This document shows positions 48,365 through 58,300 of a stretch of 64,000 nucleotides of DNA, in pieces (position 1 is the stretch's first letter; each line of letters starts with the position of its first letter). The stretch covers positions 3,264,001 to 3,328,000 of the forward strand of contig OZ253462.1 of NCBI GenBank assembly GCA_965261395.1, given 5' to 3'. The notes under the pieces were generated by a model that ran no database searches, had not been told where the DNA came from, and was given only the letters and a program-made list of their open reading frames with translations. The stretch is from Candidatus Latescibacterota bacterium. Its GTDB lineage: Bacteria > Latescibacterota > UBA2968 > UBA8231. A program made the position numbers and the translations under genes.

Positions 48365-48407
48365 GATACTCCCGGGCGCGCTCAAACCCTGAATAGGATA
48401 ATCTGGT

Positions 48408-49190
48408 ATGCATAGAGTACACTGCGTCCTTTTGCTGGCACTGGGGTCAATCGGCTTGACCGCGAGTTGTGCCTATCACTACTATGCCGGCAATCTGCGG
48501 CCGATGGACGAAGCAGTTCAGGGCGAGAGCAGAAGGGTCACGGACGACGGCTCTGTCATTTTCACCGCGGGACGGCTAGAAATCCAATTGCGCCCCATGA
48601 ACGACGAGGAATTGAACCGCCAGTTCAGTGTGGCTACAGAGCAGGGGACCAACCCCTATACCTACGGCCAGACAAAGATCTTCAGGACCAACCGGACTCC
48701 CAGCCGCTTTACGGTCTTCCGGTTGAGCGCGAAGAATTACGCCTATCCCAAAGTCCACATAGACCCCACTAGCCTCTACATTGAGACCGACAACGGCCGC
48801 AAGTACGCCGCGCTTAGTTTTGCCCAGCTCAAAATTTACTACCGGAGCTTTTCCCTCGGGGGGTCGGGTGGTGGAGCAGGGAATAGCGGGGATAGAAGTC
48901 GGGGTATGCGTCGGGGCGGGGAGTATCAAACCTGGCAGGAGCGCCAGGGCATCCTCAGGCGCACCTTGTTCGCCGACGAGATGATCTTCAGTGGCCAAGA
49001 GCGCGAAGGATATGTCGTCTTCAAAACTCTGGCTCCTGATGTCGCCAAGCTGACCGTCCACATTCCCGATATTACCGTGCGCTTCGATTTTAGGGACCAA
49101 CCCATTGAGACGCTTGATGTCACCTCCCGATTTGAGCGAGACATCGGACGGGAGTACCCGGACGGGCGTATTGAGTTGGCTCGGAAATAG
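48408..49190 (+). CDS. Uncharacterised lipoprotein
   Basis: Lipobox-like LTASC after a hydrophobic stretch, a Gly-rich insert, and co-orientation within the cluster. Confidence 0.75.
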   Translation: MHRVHCVLLLALGSIGLTASCAYHYYAGNLRPMDEAVQGESRRVTDDGSVIFTAGRLEIQLRPMNDEELNRQFSVATEQGTNPYTYGQTKIFRTNRTPSRFTVFRLSAKNYAYPKVHIDPTSLYIETDNGRKYAALSFAQLKIYYRSFSLGGSGGGAGNSGDRSRGMRRGGEYQTWQERQGILRRTLFADEMIFSGQEREGYVVFKTLAPDVAKLTVHIPDITVRFDFRDQPIETLDVTSRFERDIGREYPDGRIELARK

Positions 49191-49243
49191 GGAAACCGGA
49201 TGAGTGGGAGTCTGCTGCCGTGAATTGCCGTGGAGAACGACGC

Positions 49244-50752
49244 ATGTCGCCTTGCTGGGCTTGGTTGCTGGCCGCAGTGGGCCTATCTCTGCTCGGGAAT
49301 TGCAGTCCGCAGCCACAGACCGTAGCGGACCTGCCGCTGGTACAGGTCGGCGATGAGGTGATCACCGCAGAGGTATTGCGGCAGTACGAACGGGATCTAC
49401 CCACGGCCTTTCGTGCAGCCGCCTCTGGAGCGGCGGCTCAGCGCGAGCACCTCCAGAGCCTAGTGGACCGTCAGCTGATGCTGCTCGAAGCCGGAAACAG
49501 GGGGTACAGGAGCATGCCGGAGCTGAAAGCGGAACTGGAGCAACTCGCCAATAAAAAACTGATTGACCAAGTTACAGCCGAATATATCACCCGACGGGTC
49601 GAGGTGGCCGAAGAAGAACTGCTCCAGGAGTACCAAGAGGCCGACCTGGGCTGGATGGTTCGGCCCGCCCGCATTCTCTGCGCGACCGAGGAAGAGGCCC
49701 GAAAAATCGTCCGTGAACTGGAGCAGGGAGCGGATTTCGCCGCGTTGGCAGCGGCTCGCTCGCTAAAGGGCGCGACGGAAAAGGGCGGAGACTTGGGGCA
49801 CTTCTTCGGCCCGGAGGACGTGGCCCCAGTGCTGCAGAAGGTGATCTTCGATCTGCCTGTGGGGGGCATCAGCGCGCCCATCCGCACAGTAGAGGGGTAC
49901 GAAGTGCTGACGATTCTCGATCGCTATAGAATCCCCTTCGACCGGCTAAAGGAGCGATTGGCCACGAACGTGCGCCGGCGCAAATGGGCAGCCCGGCACC
50001 TCGAGTACCTCGAGGAACTCAAGAGGACGGATAGTTTGTCTCAAATTGTTGCTAGCGATCCCAAGGCCCTGTCTGATACCCTGCTGCTGAGAGAGGCTCG
50101 CCGACAAGGATTCGATTTGAACGCCGAGTTTTTGGCCTGGCAGGAAGCCAAATGCGAAGAATTGCTGATCAGACAACTGCGTCGGCGAGAAGTGATTGAT
50201 CTGCTTCCTCCTCCTCCCGAGGCGGAAGTGCGGCAGCACTACGAGGCGCATATAGATGGGTACAGCGTACCTGGAACGGTCTACTTGACCGAGATCCTGC
50301 TCAATACTCGGGAGGAAGCTATGGAGATCCGCCAGGCCGCGGAAGCGGGACAAAGCCTAGAGGATCTGGCTCGAAAGCACTCGGTGCGTCCGAGGACTGA
50401 GGACGGACACGGGCATGTCCACGCCGGTCGAGATGGACATGTGGTCCTTTATGCCCTCCAGAGTTCGCCCTATTACAGACTATTCCAGCGCCAAGAGAGA
50501 CAGCAAGTCGGGCAAATCCAAGGGCCGGTGGAACTGGACGGCAAGTTTGCCGTATTCAGGCTGGACGAGCCCATTGAACCGCATCGGATCCCCTTTGCAA
50601 AGGTGCGGAAGCACGTCCGTCGTCGAGTCAAGTTGCAGCATGCGAAGCGGGCTTTTGAAGTCTATATCGACTCATTGCGCACGGTCTACGCCGGGGAGGT
50701 CAAGTGGTTCGACGAGCATCTGGCTGGGCTGAACGCTGGTAATACGCGATGA
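49244..50752 (+). CDS. PpiC/parvulin-type PPIase lipoprotein (SurA/PrsA-like), paralog of 2779
   Basis: Lipobox-like LLGNC then LVQVGDEVIT. Motifs GADFAALAAARS...KGGDLG and GGISAPIRT..GY, plus a second domain EILL...LARKHS. Confidence 0.82.
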   Translation: MSPCWAWLLAAVGLSLLGNCSPQPQTVADLPLVQVGDEVITAEVLRQYERDLPTAFRAAASGAAAQREHLQSLVDRQLMLLEAGNRGYRSMPELKAELEQLANKKLIDQVTAEYITRRVEVAEEELLQEYQEADLGWMVRPARILCATEEEARKIVRELEQGADFAALAAARSLKGATEKGGDLGHFFGPEDVAPVLQKVIFDLPVGGISAPIRTVEGYEVLTILDRYRIPFDRLKERLATNVRRRKWAARHLEYLEELKRTDSLSQIVASDPKALSDTLLLREARRQGFDLNAEFLAWQEAKCEELLIRQLRRREVIDLLPPPPEAEVRQHYEAHIDGYSVPGTVYLTEILLNTREEAMEIRQAAEAGQSLEDLARKHSVRPRTEDGHGHVHAGRDGHVVLYALQSSPYYRLFQRQERQQVGQIQGPVELDGKFAVFRLDEPIEPHRIPFAKVRKHVRRRVKLQHAKRAFEVYIDSLRTVYAGEVKWFDEHLAGLNAGNTR

Positions 50753-52206
50753 AGCCGAACGTCGTCCAACCAGTGATCAAGGGCGCCAGGTACTTCCTCG
50801 CGCATGCTCCCGGATTGGTGCGTTATGGTTCCAAACCTCGCCGCGAACTCCTGAAAACCCCGGAGCTTTGGGACCAAATTGCCCTGCATCTCCGCTCGTA
50901 TTCGGAAGCCGCGGCCTATGCACCCAACCAGGTCTTTCTGGGGCAGTTTGCGCCCGACGAACTCGCCACCCGCGAGCGGCCTTGGTTCGAGGGGAACAGT
51001 CCTTGGCAGCCGCGCTATCCCCACGGCGAGATCATGCCGGAAGAGACCCTCTATGGGCTCCTCAAGATAGCCGATGCGTTCGACTTGGTCTGGCTGGAAG
51101 AGAAATTTGCCGGGGAAGTTAGAGAAGCCCTAGCCGGCCACAGCTTGGTCCACAACTCCGAATTGGAGCGGCTCGGCGACGGTCAGCCCTATGCGGCAAT
51201 CGAGACTAGCGTGGCCGATCTGGAAGCAGCGCTGCCGCTCTTGCTCAAAAATGGGCGTCTGGTCGGATGCATACATCGCGCCCACGAAGAAGATGCCACG
51301 CTGGCAGCGGACGTGTTGCTCGAAAACCTGACGTGCAAAATAACGGCTGCTATGGCGCTGAGGACGCTGTTGAGCGATACCCAACTCGATCCGGCCGCGG
51401 TTGACTATATTATCAATAGCGGTGAGGAAGCCGTCGGGGAACGCTACCAGCGAGGGGGAGGGAATCTGGCCAAAGCCGTCGGAGAGATGTGCGGTCTGAG
51501 CAATGCGACCGGATCCGACGTCAAGGCCTTTTGCTGCGGGCCGGCGCACGCCTTGGTGATGGCCGGGGCGTTGGTGAGTTCAGGCGTGTTCGATGAAGTC
51601 GTCGTAGTCGGCGGATCCTCCCTGGCCAAGCTAGGGATGAAGTTCCAAGGCCATCTGCGCTGCGACTACCCCATCATAGAGGATGTGTTGGCTGCGGTAG
51701 CAGTACTGGTGGGCCCGGACGACGGCCTCAGTCCGGTGTTGCGGCTGGACTCGATAGGGCGGCACAGTGTCGGGGCTGGTTCTTCCCAGCAGGCCGTCTT
51801 TGAGGAACTGGTCTCCCGACCTCTGGCCAGACTGGGCTTGAGCTTCAGGGACGTGGATAAGTACGCTACCGAGTTGCACAATCCAGAGGCCACAGAGCCT
51901 GCGGGCAGCGGTGATGTTCCCAGGAGGAATTACCAAATGATTGCCGCCTTGGCGGTCCTCAACAAAGAGATTGACCGGTCGGAAATGCCGGCTTTCATCC
52001 AGACGTACGGGATGCCCGGTTTTTCGCCCACCCAAGGGCATATTGCCTCCGGCATTCCCTACTTGGGCCATGCGCTGGATCGCATGAGAGATGGCACGAT
52101 GCAAAGGGCCATGTTCCTCGCCAAGGGCAGCCTGTTCCTAGGCCGAATGACGCAGATGTCCGATGGCATGTCTTTTATCGTTGAAAATAACCCCAACAGG
52201 AGTTGA
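50749..52206 (+). CDS. grdC: Glycine/sarcosine/betaine reductase component C subunit beta (FabH-like fold)
   Basis: Motifs GEIMPE, AHE.D.TL.A..LLENL..K, EEA.G..YQRGGGNLAKA.GE, AKLGM, ELHNPE.T.PAG.GDVP, MPGF.PTQGHI and KGSLFLGRMT..SDG.SF. Confidence 0.92.
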   Translation: MKPNVVQPVIKGARYFLAHAPGLVRYGSKPRRELLKTPELWDQIALHLRSYSEAAAYAPNQVFLGQFAPDELATRERPWFEGNSPWQPRYPHGEIMPEETLYGLLKIADAFDLVWLEEKFAGEVREALAGHSLVHNSELERLGDGQPYAAIETSVADLEAALPLLLKNGRLVGCIHRAHEEDATLAADVLLENLTCKITAAMALRTLLSDTQLDPAAVDYIINSGEEAVGERYQRGGGNLAKAVGEMCGLSNATGSDVKAFCCGPAHALVMAGALVSSGVFDEVVVVGGSSLAKLGMKFQGHLRCDYPIIEDVLAAVAVLVGPDDGLSPVLRLDSIGRHSVGAGSSQQAVFEELVSRPLARLGLSFRDVDKYATELHNPEATEPAGSGDVPRRNYQMIAALAVLNKEIDRSEMPAFIQTYGMPGFSPTQGHIASGIPYLGHALDRMRDGTMQRAMFLAKGSLFLGRMTQMSDGMSFIVENNPNRS

Positions 52207-52210
52207 GCAG

Positions 52211-52681
52211 ATGGAACTGCAAGGAAAAAAAGCGATCGTCTTAGGCGAGCGGGACGGGGTGCCGGGTACGAGCATAGCAAACTGCGTCCGCAGCGCCGGT
52301 GCCGAAGTGGTCCTGGAGGTGACCTATTGCTTTGTGTGAACGGCCGCAGGCGGCGTTGACCTGGAAGGTCAAGAGGAAATCAAACGGACCGTCGAGCGCA
52401 CGGGCAGCGACGATGTCATCGTCATTTTGGGCACGCCCACCGCAGACAGCAGCAAGCTGTACGCCCTGACCATGACCGAAGGGGATCCAACTTGGGCGGG
52501 TGCCCTGGCCGGTCGAGCCCTTGGACTTCCGGTCTACCACATTATAGAGCCCGAGATCAAAGCGGCCGTGGACAGCGCGGTGTACGAGGCCGAGGTAGGC
52601 GTGGCCGAGATGGTCATGGACGAGGCCGCAGCCATCGTGGAAGCCGTGCGGGAAGTGCGTCAACGAAACACTACTCTTTAA
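52211..52681 (+). CDS. grdA: Glycine/sarcosine/betaine reductase selenoprotein A (Sec at UGA 52337-52339; 156 aa)
   Basis: Read-through gives MELQGKKAIVLGERDGVPG...TYCFV-U-TAAGGVDLEGQ...GDPTWAGALAG..LGLPVYHI.EPE, with the canonical CxxU motif. The ORF track shows only the C-terminal fragment. Confidence 0.95.
52356..52372 (+). promoter_or_regulatory. Putative bacterial SECIS hairpin of grdA
   Basis: ttgacct-gga-aggtcaa forms a perfect 7-bp stem. The G-starting loop begins 24 nt after the UGA. Confidence 0.7.
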
Positions 52682-52703
52682 GGCGAAATTTGGGGGTGAA
52701 CTC

Positions 52704-54053
52704 ATGGTTGAAACGCTGCGGGTAGTCCACTATCTGAATCAGTTTTTCGGGGGTATCGGTGCTGAGGAGCACGCCAATATCCCCCTGCAGGTCGAGGAAG
52801 GTGCCGTAGGGCCGGGCCGCGCGGTCCAGCAGATGTTGGGCGAGCGAGGGGCCGTGGTGGCCACGTTTGTCTGCGGCGACAATTATTTCGTCGAAGAGGG
52901 AGAGCAAGCTGCGGTTGCCGCCCGCCAAGCCCTCGAACACTACGCCCCTGATCTGGTACTCGCCGGCCCGGCCTTTGACGCGGGGCGCTACGGAGTGGCG
53001 TGTGCTCAGATGTGCGCCGTGGCTAAAGAGGCGGGCGTACCGGCCGTCACCGGCATGTACCCCGAGAACCCGGGGTACACTACCTTCCGGCGAGAGCTGG
53101 TGTGCGTACCTACGGGCACTCGGGCGACGGAGATGCAGGCTATCCTCACCCGCATGATCGAATTGGGCGTAAAGCTGGCTCGCGGCGAGGAACTCGGCCC
53201 TGCGGCCAAGGAGGGCTATTTGCCCACGGGCCTCAGAAAATCCGTCGTGCGTCAACAGCCTGGCTGGGAGCGGGCCATCGACATGCTGGAGGCTCGCGTG
53301 CACGAGCGACCTTATGCATCGGAAGTACTGCTTCAGCAGTACGAAACCGTGCCGCCGCCGCCGCCGGTAGAGGATCTTGGACAGGTAACTCTGGGTCTGG
53401 TCACCAGCGGTGGTTTGGTGCCCCGGGGCAATCCCGACGGACAGGTCTCTGGATTCGCTCAGCAGGCTTTTCGCTACTCTATCGAAGGGCAGAAGGCGCT
53501 GAGTACAGAGGACTGGGAATCCGTCCACGGGGGCTTCAACCCCCACATCCTCAACACCAAGAAGCCCAGCTATGTGCTGCCGTTGCCCGTTTTGCGGGAA
53601 TTGGAAGAAGAAGGGAAAATCGGCGCGATTTATCCGTACTTTTTCTCCACGGTGGGCAACGGCACTGCCGTCTCTCAAGCTAAGCAGATGGGAGCGCAGA
53701 TCGCCCAAGAGTTCAAAAGAGCCCAGATACGGGCGGCGCTCTTGGTGGCCACCTGAGGCAGTTGCAATCGTTGCGGAGCGACGATGAGCAAAGAGCTGGC
53801 CCGGGAGGGCATTGACGTGGTCGTGGTGAGCGCTATTCCCATGATCCCCATGTCGGTGGAAGTGAGCCGAGTGGTGAGAGGGGTGCGCGTGGAGCACGTG
53901 TGCGGCGATCCGAATTTGAACGAGGAAAACGATCGGCGACTGATGCGCCGGATCGTCGAGACGGCCCTGCAGGCCCTGCGCACCGAAGTCGCTGGCCCCA
54001 CCCTATTCGATCCGGACGCATCGTCCGCCGAGGAGAGAGTCCATGCGTCTTGA
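52704..54053 (+). CDS. grdB: Glycine/betaine/sarcosine reductase family selenoprotein B (Sec at UGA 53754-53756; 449 aa)
   Basis: Motifs VVHYLNQFFGGIG.EE.A, CGDNYF, GPAF.AGRYG..C, LVTSGG.VP.GNPD and HGG. LVAT-U-GSCNRCGA (UxxCxxC) continues in frame into ORF 53784-54053. Substrate subtype (grdB/F/H) is not determinable. Confidence 0.93.
53767..53785 (+). promoter_or_regulatory. Putative bacterial SECIS hairpin of selenoprotein B
   Basis: atcgttgc-gga-gcgacgat forms an 8-bp stem (one G-U). It has the same GGA loop, beginning 19 nt after the UGA. Confidence 0.7.
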
Positions 54054-55362
54054 ACTAGGTACCTTTCCGGTCGATGAGGCGCGTTTCGGGTCGGAGACTC
54101 GCTGGCACGACGGACAGCTAGAGATCAACAGGCAGGAGTTGCTGGATCTCGCCCTGCAAGGGGGTGATATTCCCTCGGCGAGCATCGACTTGGTGCGGCC
54201 CGGCGAATCCGTGCGCATCGTAAAAATGCAGAACCTATACGAGCCCAAGGTGAAAGTGGCGGGTCCGGGGATGTTTTACCCCGGAGTGTGCGGTCGGCCT
54301 GCCGCTGCCGTGGGCCAAGGGCGGACCCATCGGCTAGGCCAGGTCGCCGTCGCGCTCTGCATCGACACCGGCCCCCTAGGACCGAGTGCGCGCCAGCGTT
54401 CCGAGCGGACGGCTCGGGAATCGAGTGCAAGCGCAGGTGTTCCGCGAGAAAACCGAGGCGGGTTCCTCGACATGTCCGGCCCGGGAAATCTACCTCCGTA
54501 CGATGAACTCAACCTAGTCTGCGCGACCCTGGAAAATCCCCGGGGCGAGGAGGAAGACTGCCATCTGGCCGTCCAAGCCGCGGTCTTGAGGATAGTGGAC
54601 CGGCTGGCCCAGACCACCTCGGGGTTGGAGCCGCCCGAACTGGAAGTATTTGATCTCACCTCGACAGATCCCTCCCTCCCGGGCTTTGTCTTCATAACCC
54701 ACTTGGCGTCCAACGAGTGGCAGGTGGGTCCGCGATCCCAGCGTGGCACCTCGGTATACGGACAAACGAGGCTCTCAGCGCCCTGGCTGCTCTACCCCAC
54801 GGAGGTGATGGACGGTGCCCTCTTCATGGGTTCTGGACGCTCTACCTGCTGGCATCTGTCCAACAACCCAGCGGTCGTCCATCTCGCCCGGCGGCACGGC
54901 GAGAGTTGCAACTTCCTAGGCTGCATTGTGCAGCGCACGAATTGGACCACCCAGGGGGAGAAGGATATGGCGGCCGAGCGCGCCGCTTTGCTGGCCAAGA
55001 GTTTGGGGGCCCAGGGTGCCATTGTAACCACCGACTTCCGGGGCCAGCGGTTTTTGGAGACTGCTCTGACGGTCAGGGCCTGCGAGCGCCAGGGGATCGA
55101 GACCGTTTTGCTCACCGGGGAAGAGGACAACGAGGCAGGAGCGGCTCCGCCCTTGCTGGTGTCATTTGCCGAGATCCGCTCTGTGGTCAGCACGGGTACA
55201 GGCGGCTTTGAGCAGTCCTTCCCGGCTGTAGAAGAAGTGGTGGGAGCTAATTGTCCCGAGGATCACTGGTTCGAGGAAAAGCCGCCCGTGCACGGGCGCT
55301 ACGGCGTCAGCTACATCACCGACTACTATGGCTCTGGATACCATAGCTGCGAGGATTATTGA
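54043..55362 (+). CDS. Reductase component B proprotein (GrdE/GrdG/GrdI family), divergent
   Basis: Motifs MRLELG.F.V....FG..T, RPGESVRI....EP..KV, G.GRTH.L, DMSGPG, YG...P....P.EV.DGA, NNP....L..RHG...NF.G and CE..GI.TV. Confidence 0.85.
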   Translation: MRLELGTFPVDEARFGSETRWHDGQLEINRQELLDLALQGGDIPSASIDLVRPGESVRIVKMQNLYEPKVKVAGPGMFYPGVCGRPAAAVGQGRTHRLGQVAVALCIDTGPLGPSARQRSERTARESSASAGVPRENRGGFLDMSGPGNLPPYDELNLVCATLENPRGEEEDCHLAVQAAVLRIVDRLAQTTSGLEPPELEVFDLTSTDPSLPGFVFITHLASNEWQVGPRSQRGTSVYGQTRLSAPWLLYPTEVMDGALFMGSGRSTCWHLSNNPAVVHLARRHGESCNFLGCIVQRTNWTTQGEKDMAAERAALLAKSLGAQGAIVTTDFRGQRFLETALTVRACERQGIETVLLTGEEDNEAGAAPPLLVSFAEIRSVVSTGTGGFEQSFPAVEEVVGANCPEDHWFEEKPPVHGRYGVSYITDYYGSGYHSCEDY

Positions 55363-55394
55363 CGGGTTTGGCCGTGCGCAGGAAAGGCGTCAAC

Positions 55395-58300
55395 CTAGCT
55401 TTGAGCGGCAAAGGCGAGAGCATTCTGAAATAGCTTCAGCCACGGCCCCTCTTCGCCCGTCCACTCCGCCGGACGCCAAGATAGCTGGACATTGCGGCAG
55501 ACGCGCTCGGGGTGCGGCATCATAATGGTAGCGCGGCCGTCGGCGCTGGTGAAGGCAGTCAGCCCGTCGGGCGAGCCGTTCGGGTTGGCCGGATAGCGCT
55601 CGGCCGGATCGCCGTAGTTATCGACGTAGCGCAGGCAAAGCTGGTTTTGCATCCGCACTCGTTCTATTTCTCGCTCGTCGCCAAATTGGACGCGGCCCTC
55701 GCCGTGCGCCACCGCAATGGGCAAACGCGAGCCTTCCATGCCGCGCAAGAGCACCGATTGGCTCTCCAGCACTTCTACGGTCGCAAATCGCGCCTCAAAC
55801 TGCTCGGAGCGGTTGCGCACAAATTGCGGCCAGTTAGCCGCGCCCGGGATCAGCTCCTTGAGGTGCGACAGCATCTGGCAGCCATTGCACACTCCCAAGG
55901 AAAAGGTATCCGGTCGCTCGAAAAAGGCGGCGAATTGCTCGCGCAGGCGGTCGTGAAAGAGGATCGAACGCGCCCAACCAGCCCCGGCCCCGAGCACGTC
56001 GCCGTAGCTGAAGCCGCCGCAGGCAGCCAGCCCGTGAAACGAACTCAACTCGACGCGTCCTGCCAATAGGTCGGTCATAGTCACGTCAACCGCCCCGCAG
56101 GCGGCTGCGTCAAAGGCTGCGGCCATTTCCACTTGGCCGTTAATGCCCTGCTCTCTCAGCACGGCCACGCGGGGCCGCGCCTTCCCTCCTATGGTCGGAG
56201 CGACTTCGTGCGCCAAGTGGAAGTTCAGGCCCGGGTCTTGGCCGTCGGCAAGGGCCTCGTACTCTTCGCGGGCGCAGTCCGGGTCATCGCGGTGGGCCTG
56301 CATCCGATACGTCAGCTCAGCCCACGCCGCGTGGAGGTCGAGCAGTGGAGCTTCATAGATGAGATCACCGCGGTGGCGAACGCGCAGGTGCAAATCGTCG
56401 GCACCGTCAACGGGCTGGCCCACCCCATGCACCAAGTCGGCGATACCCTGATCCGCAAAGACCTTGTACACGGCTTCCTCATCCTCGACGCGATATTGGA
56501 TCACAACGCCCACTTCCTCGCAAAAGAGCGCAGCGAGTAGATCGTCGCCCAGCGTGTTGATCGTCAGCTCCACTCCGCAGCGACCGGCAAACGCCATCTC
56601 AGCCACCGCGGCGAAGAGGCCACCATCGGAGCGGTCGTGGTACGCGAGCACGAGATCTTGGTCGAGCAAAGTCTGCACGGCCTCATACAAACCGCGCACA
56701 TCGCCTGCATCTACGTCCGGAGCCTCGCTGCCGATTTGATTGTAAGCTTGAGCGAGACAAGAGCCGCCGAGGCGGTTTTGTCGGCGACCCAAATCCACGA
56801 GCAGCAGCCGGGTATCGCCGACGCGCTTTAGATCGGGCGTGGCATGGCGGCGCACATCGTCCACCGACGCAAAGGCCGAGACGACCAAACTCAACGGCGC
56901 GACCACTTTGTGCGCTGCGCCCTCGGCGTTTTCCCACACCGCCCGCATGGACAGCGAGTCTTTACCCACCGGGATCGACACGCCTACTGCCGGGCAAAAC
57001 TCCAACCCCACTGCGCGCACTGTGTCGTACAAGGCCGCATCTTCGCCCTCCTCGCCACAGGCGCACATCCAGTTGCCCGACAGCTTGATGCGGTGGATCG
57101 GGCCGATGTGCGCCGCAGCAATGTTAGTAATCGCCTCGGCAATGGCCATGCGCCCAGACGCTGGCGCATCCACCAAGGCGAGGGGCGTGCGTTCACCCAT
57201 GGCCATGGCCGACCCGGTGTACCCCTGAAAGGAGTGGCAAGTCATGGCCAGATCCGCGACCGGCACCTGATGGGGGCCGACCATCTGATCGCGGGCCACC
57301 AAGCCGGTGACCGTGCGGTCGGCAATGGTGATGAGGAAGGTCTTGGCCGCTACGGCTGGGAAGCGGAGCACGCGCTCGGCGGCCTCGGCTATCGAGGGGC
57401 CCTCCAAGGCGAGGGGTTGCCGCACGGGCCGGCTGCGCGTTGCGCGGCGCAGCATCTTGGGCGGTTTGCCCAAAATGACCGCTAGATCGAGGTCGTCGAT
57501 GGGCTTGCCGCCGAGCAGCGCGTCGTCGAGCGACAGCGTGCCGTCGCCAGTGATCTCGCCGATGACCGCAAACAGGCAGCGCTCGCGCGCGGCCAACTCG
57601 GCAAAGCGATCCAAATCAGCGCGGCCCACCACCAGCACGTAGCGCTCTTGCGCCTCATTGCTCCAAATCTGCATCGGACTCATGCCCGGGTCGTCGTTGT
57701 GAATGGCCCGCAAGTCAAAGCGCGCCCCTACGTCTGCGACTAACTCCGGGCAGGCGTTGGACAGGCCGCCGGCCCCCACATCGTGGATGCTGATGATGGG
57801 ATTTTCCGCACCGAGCGAAATGCAGCGGCTGATTAGCTCTTGGCAGCGGCGCTGCATCTCGGGGTTGTCGCGCTGCACCGAGGCAAAGTCGAGGTCCTCG
57901 CTGTTAGCGCCTGTGTCCATGCTAGAGGCCGCGCCCCCGCCGAGGCCGATGAGCATGGCCGGTCCTCCGAGTTGAATGACGCAATCGCCCGCCGCTGGGG
58001 TTTTCTTTTTTACGTGCGCGGCGTCGATGAGGCCGACGCCACCGGCGACCATGATCGGCTTGTGGTAGCCGCGCCACACCCCAGTGCTGTCGTCTTCTAA
58101 GGTGCGGAACATCCCCAAGATGTTGGGCCGGCCGAATTCATTGCCAAACGCCGCGCTGCCGATCGGCCCTTCGGTCATAATGGCGAGCGGAGTAGCCAAG
58201 CGGTCCGGGAAGGCCGCGCGTTCTTTTTCCCACGGCTGGGCAAACCCAGGCAGGCGCAGATGCGAGGTGAAAAAGGCGCACAGGCCCGCCTGCGACCAGC

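Noticed and set aside
52337-53756. grdA and grdB as nonsense pseudogenes or split genes, as the ORF track implies
   Set aside because: Both UGAs fall at the family's conserved Sec positions (CxxU, UxxCxxC), the frames continue intact, and SECIS-like hairpins follow.
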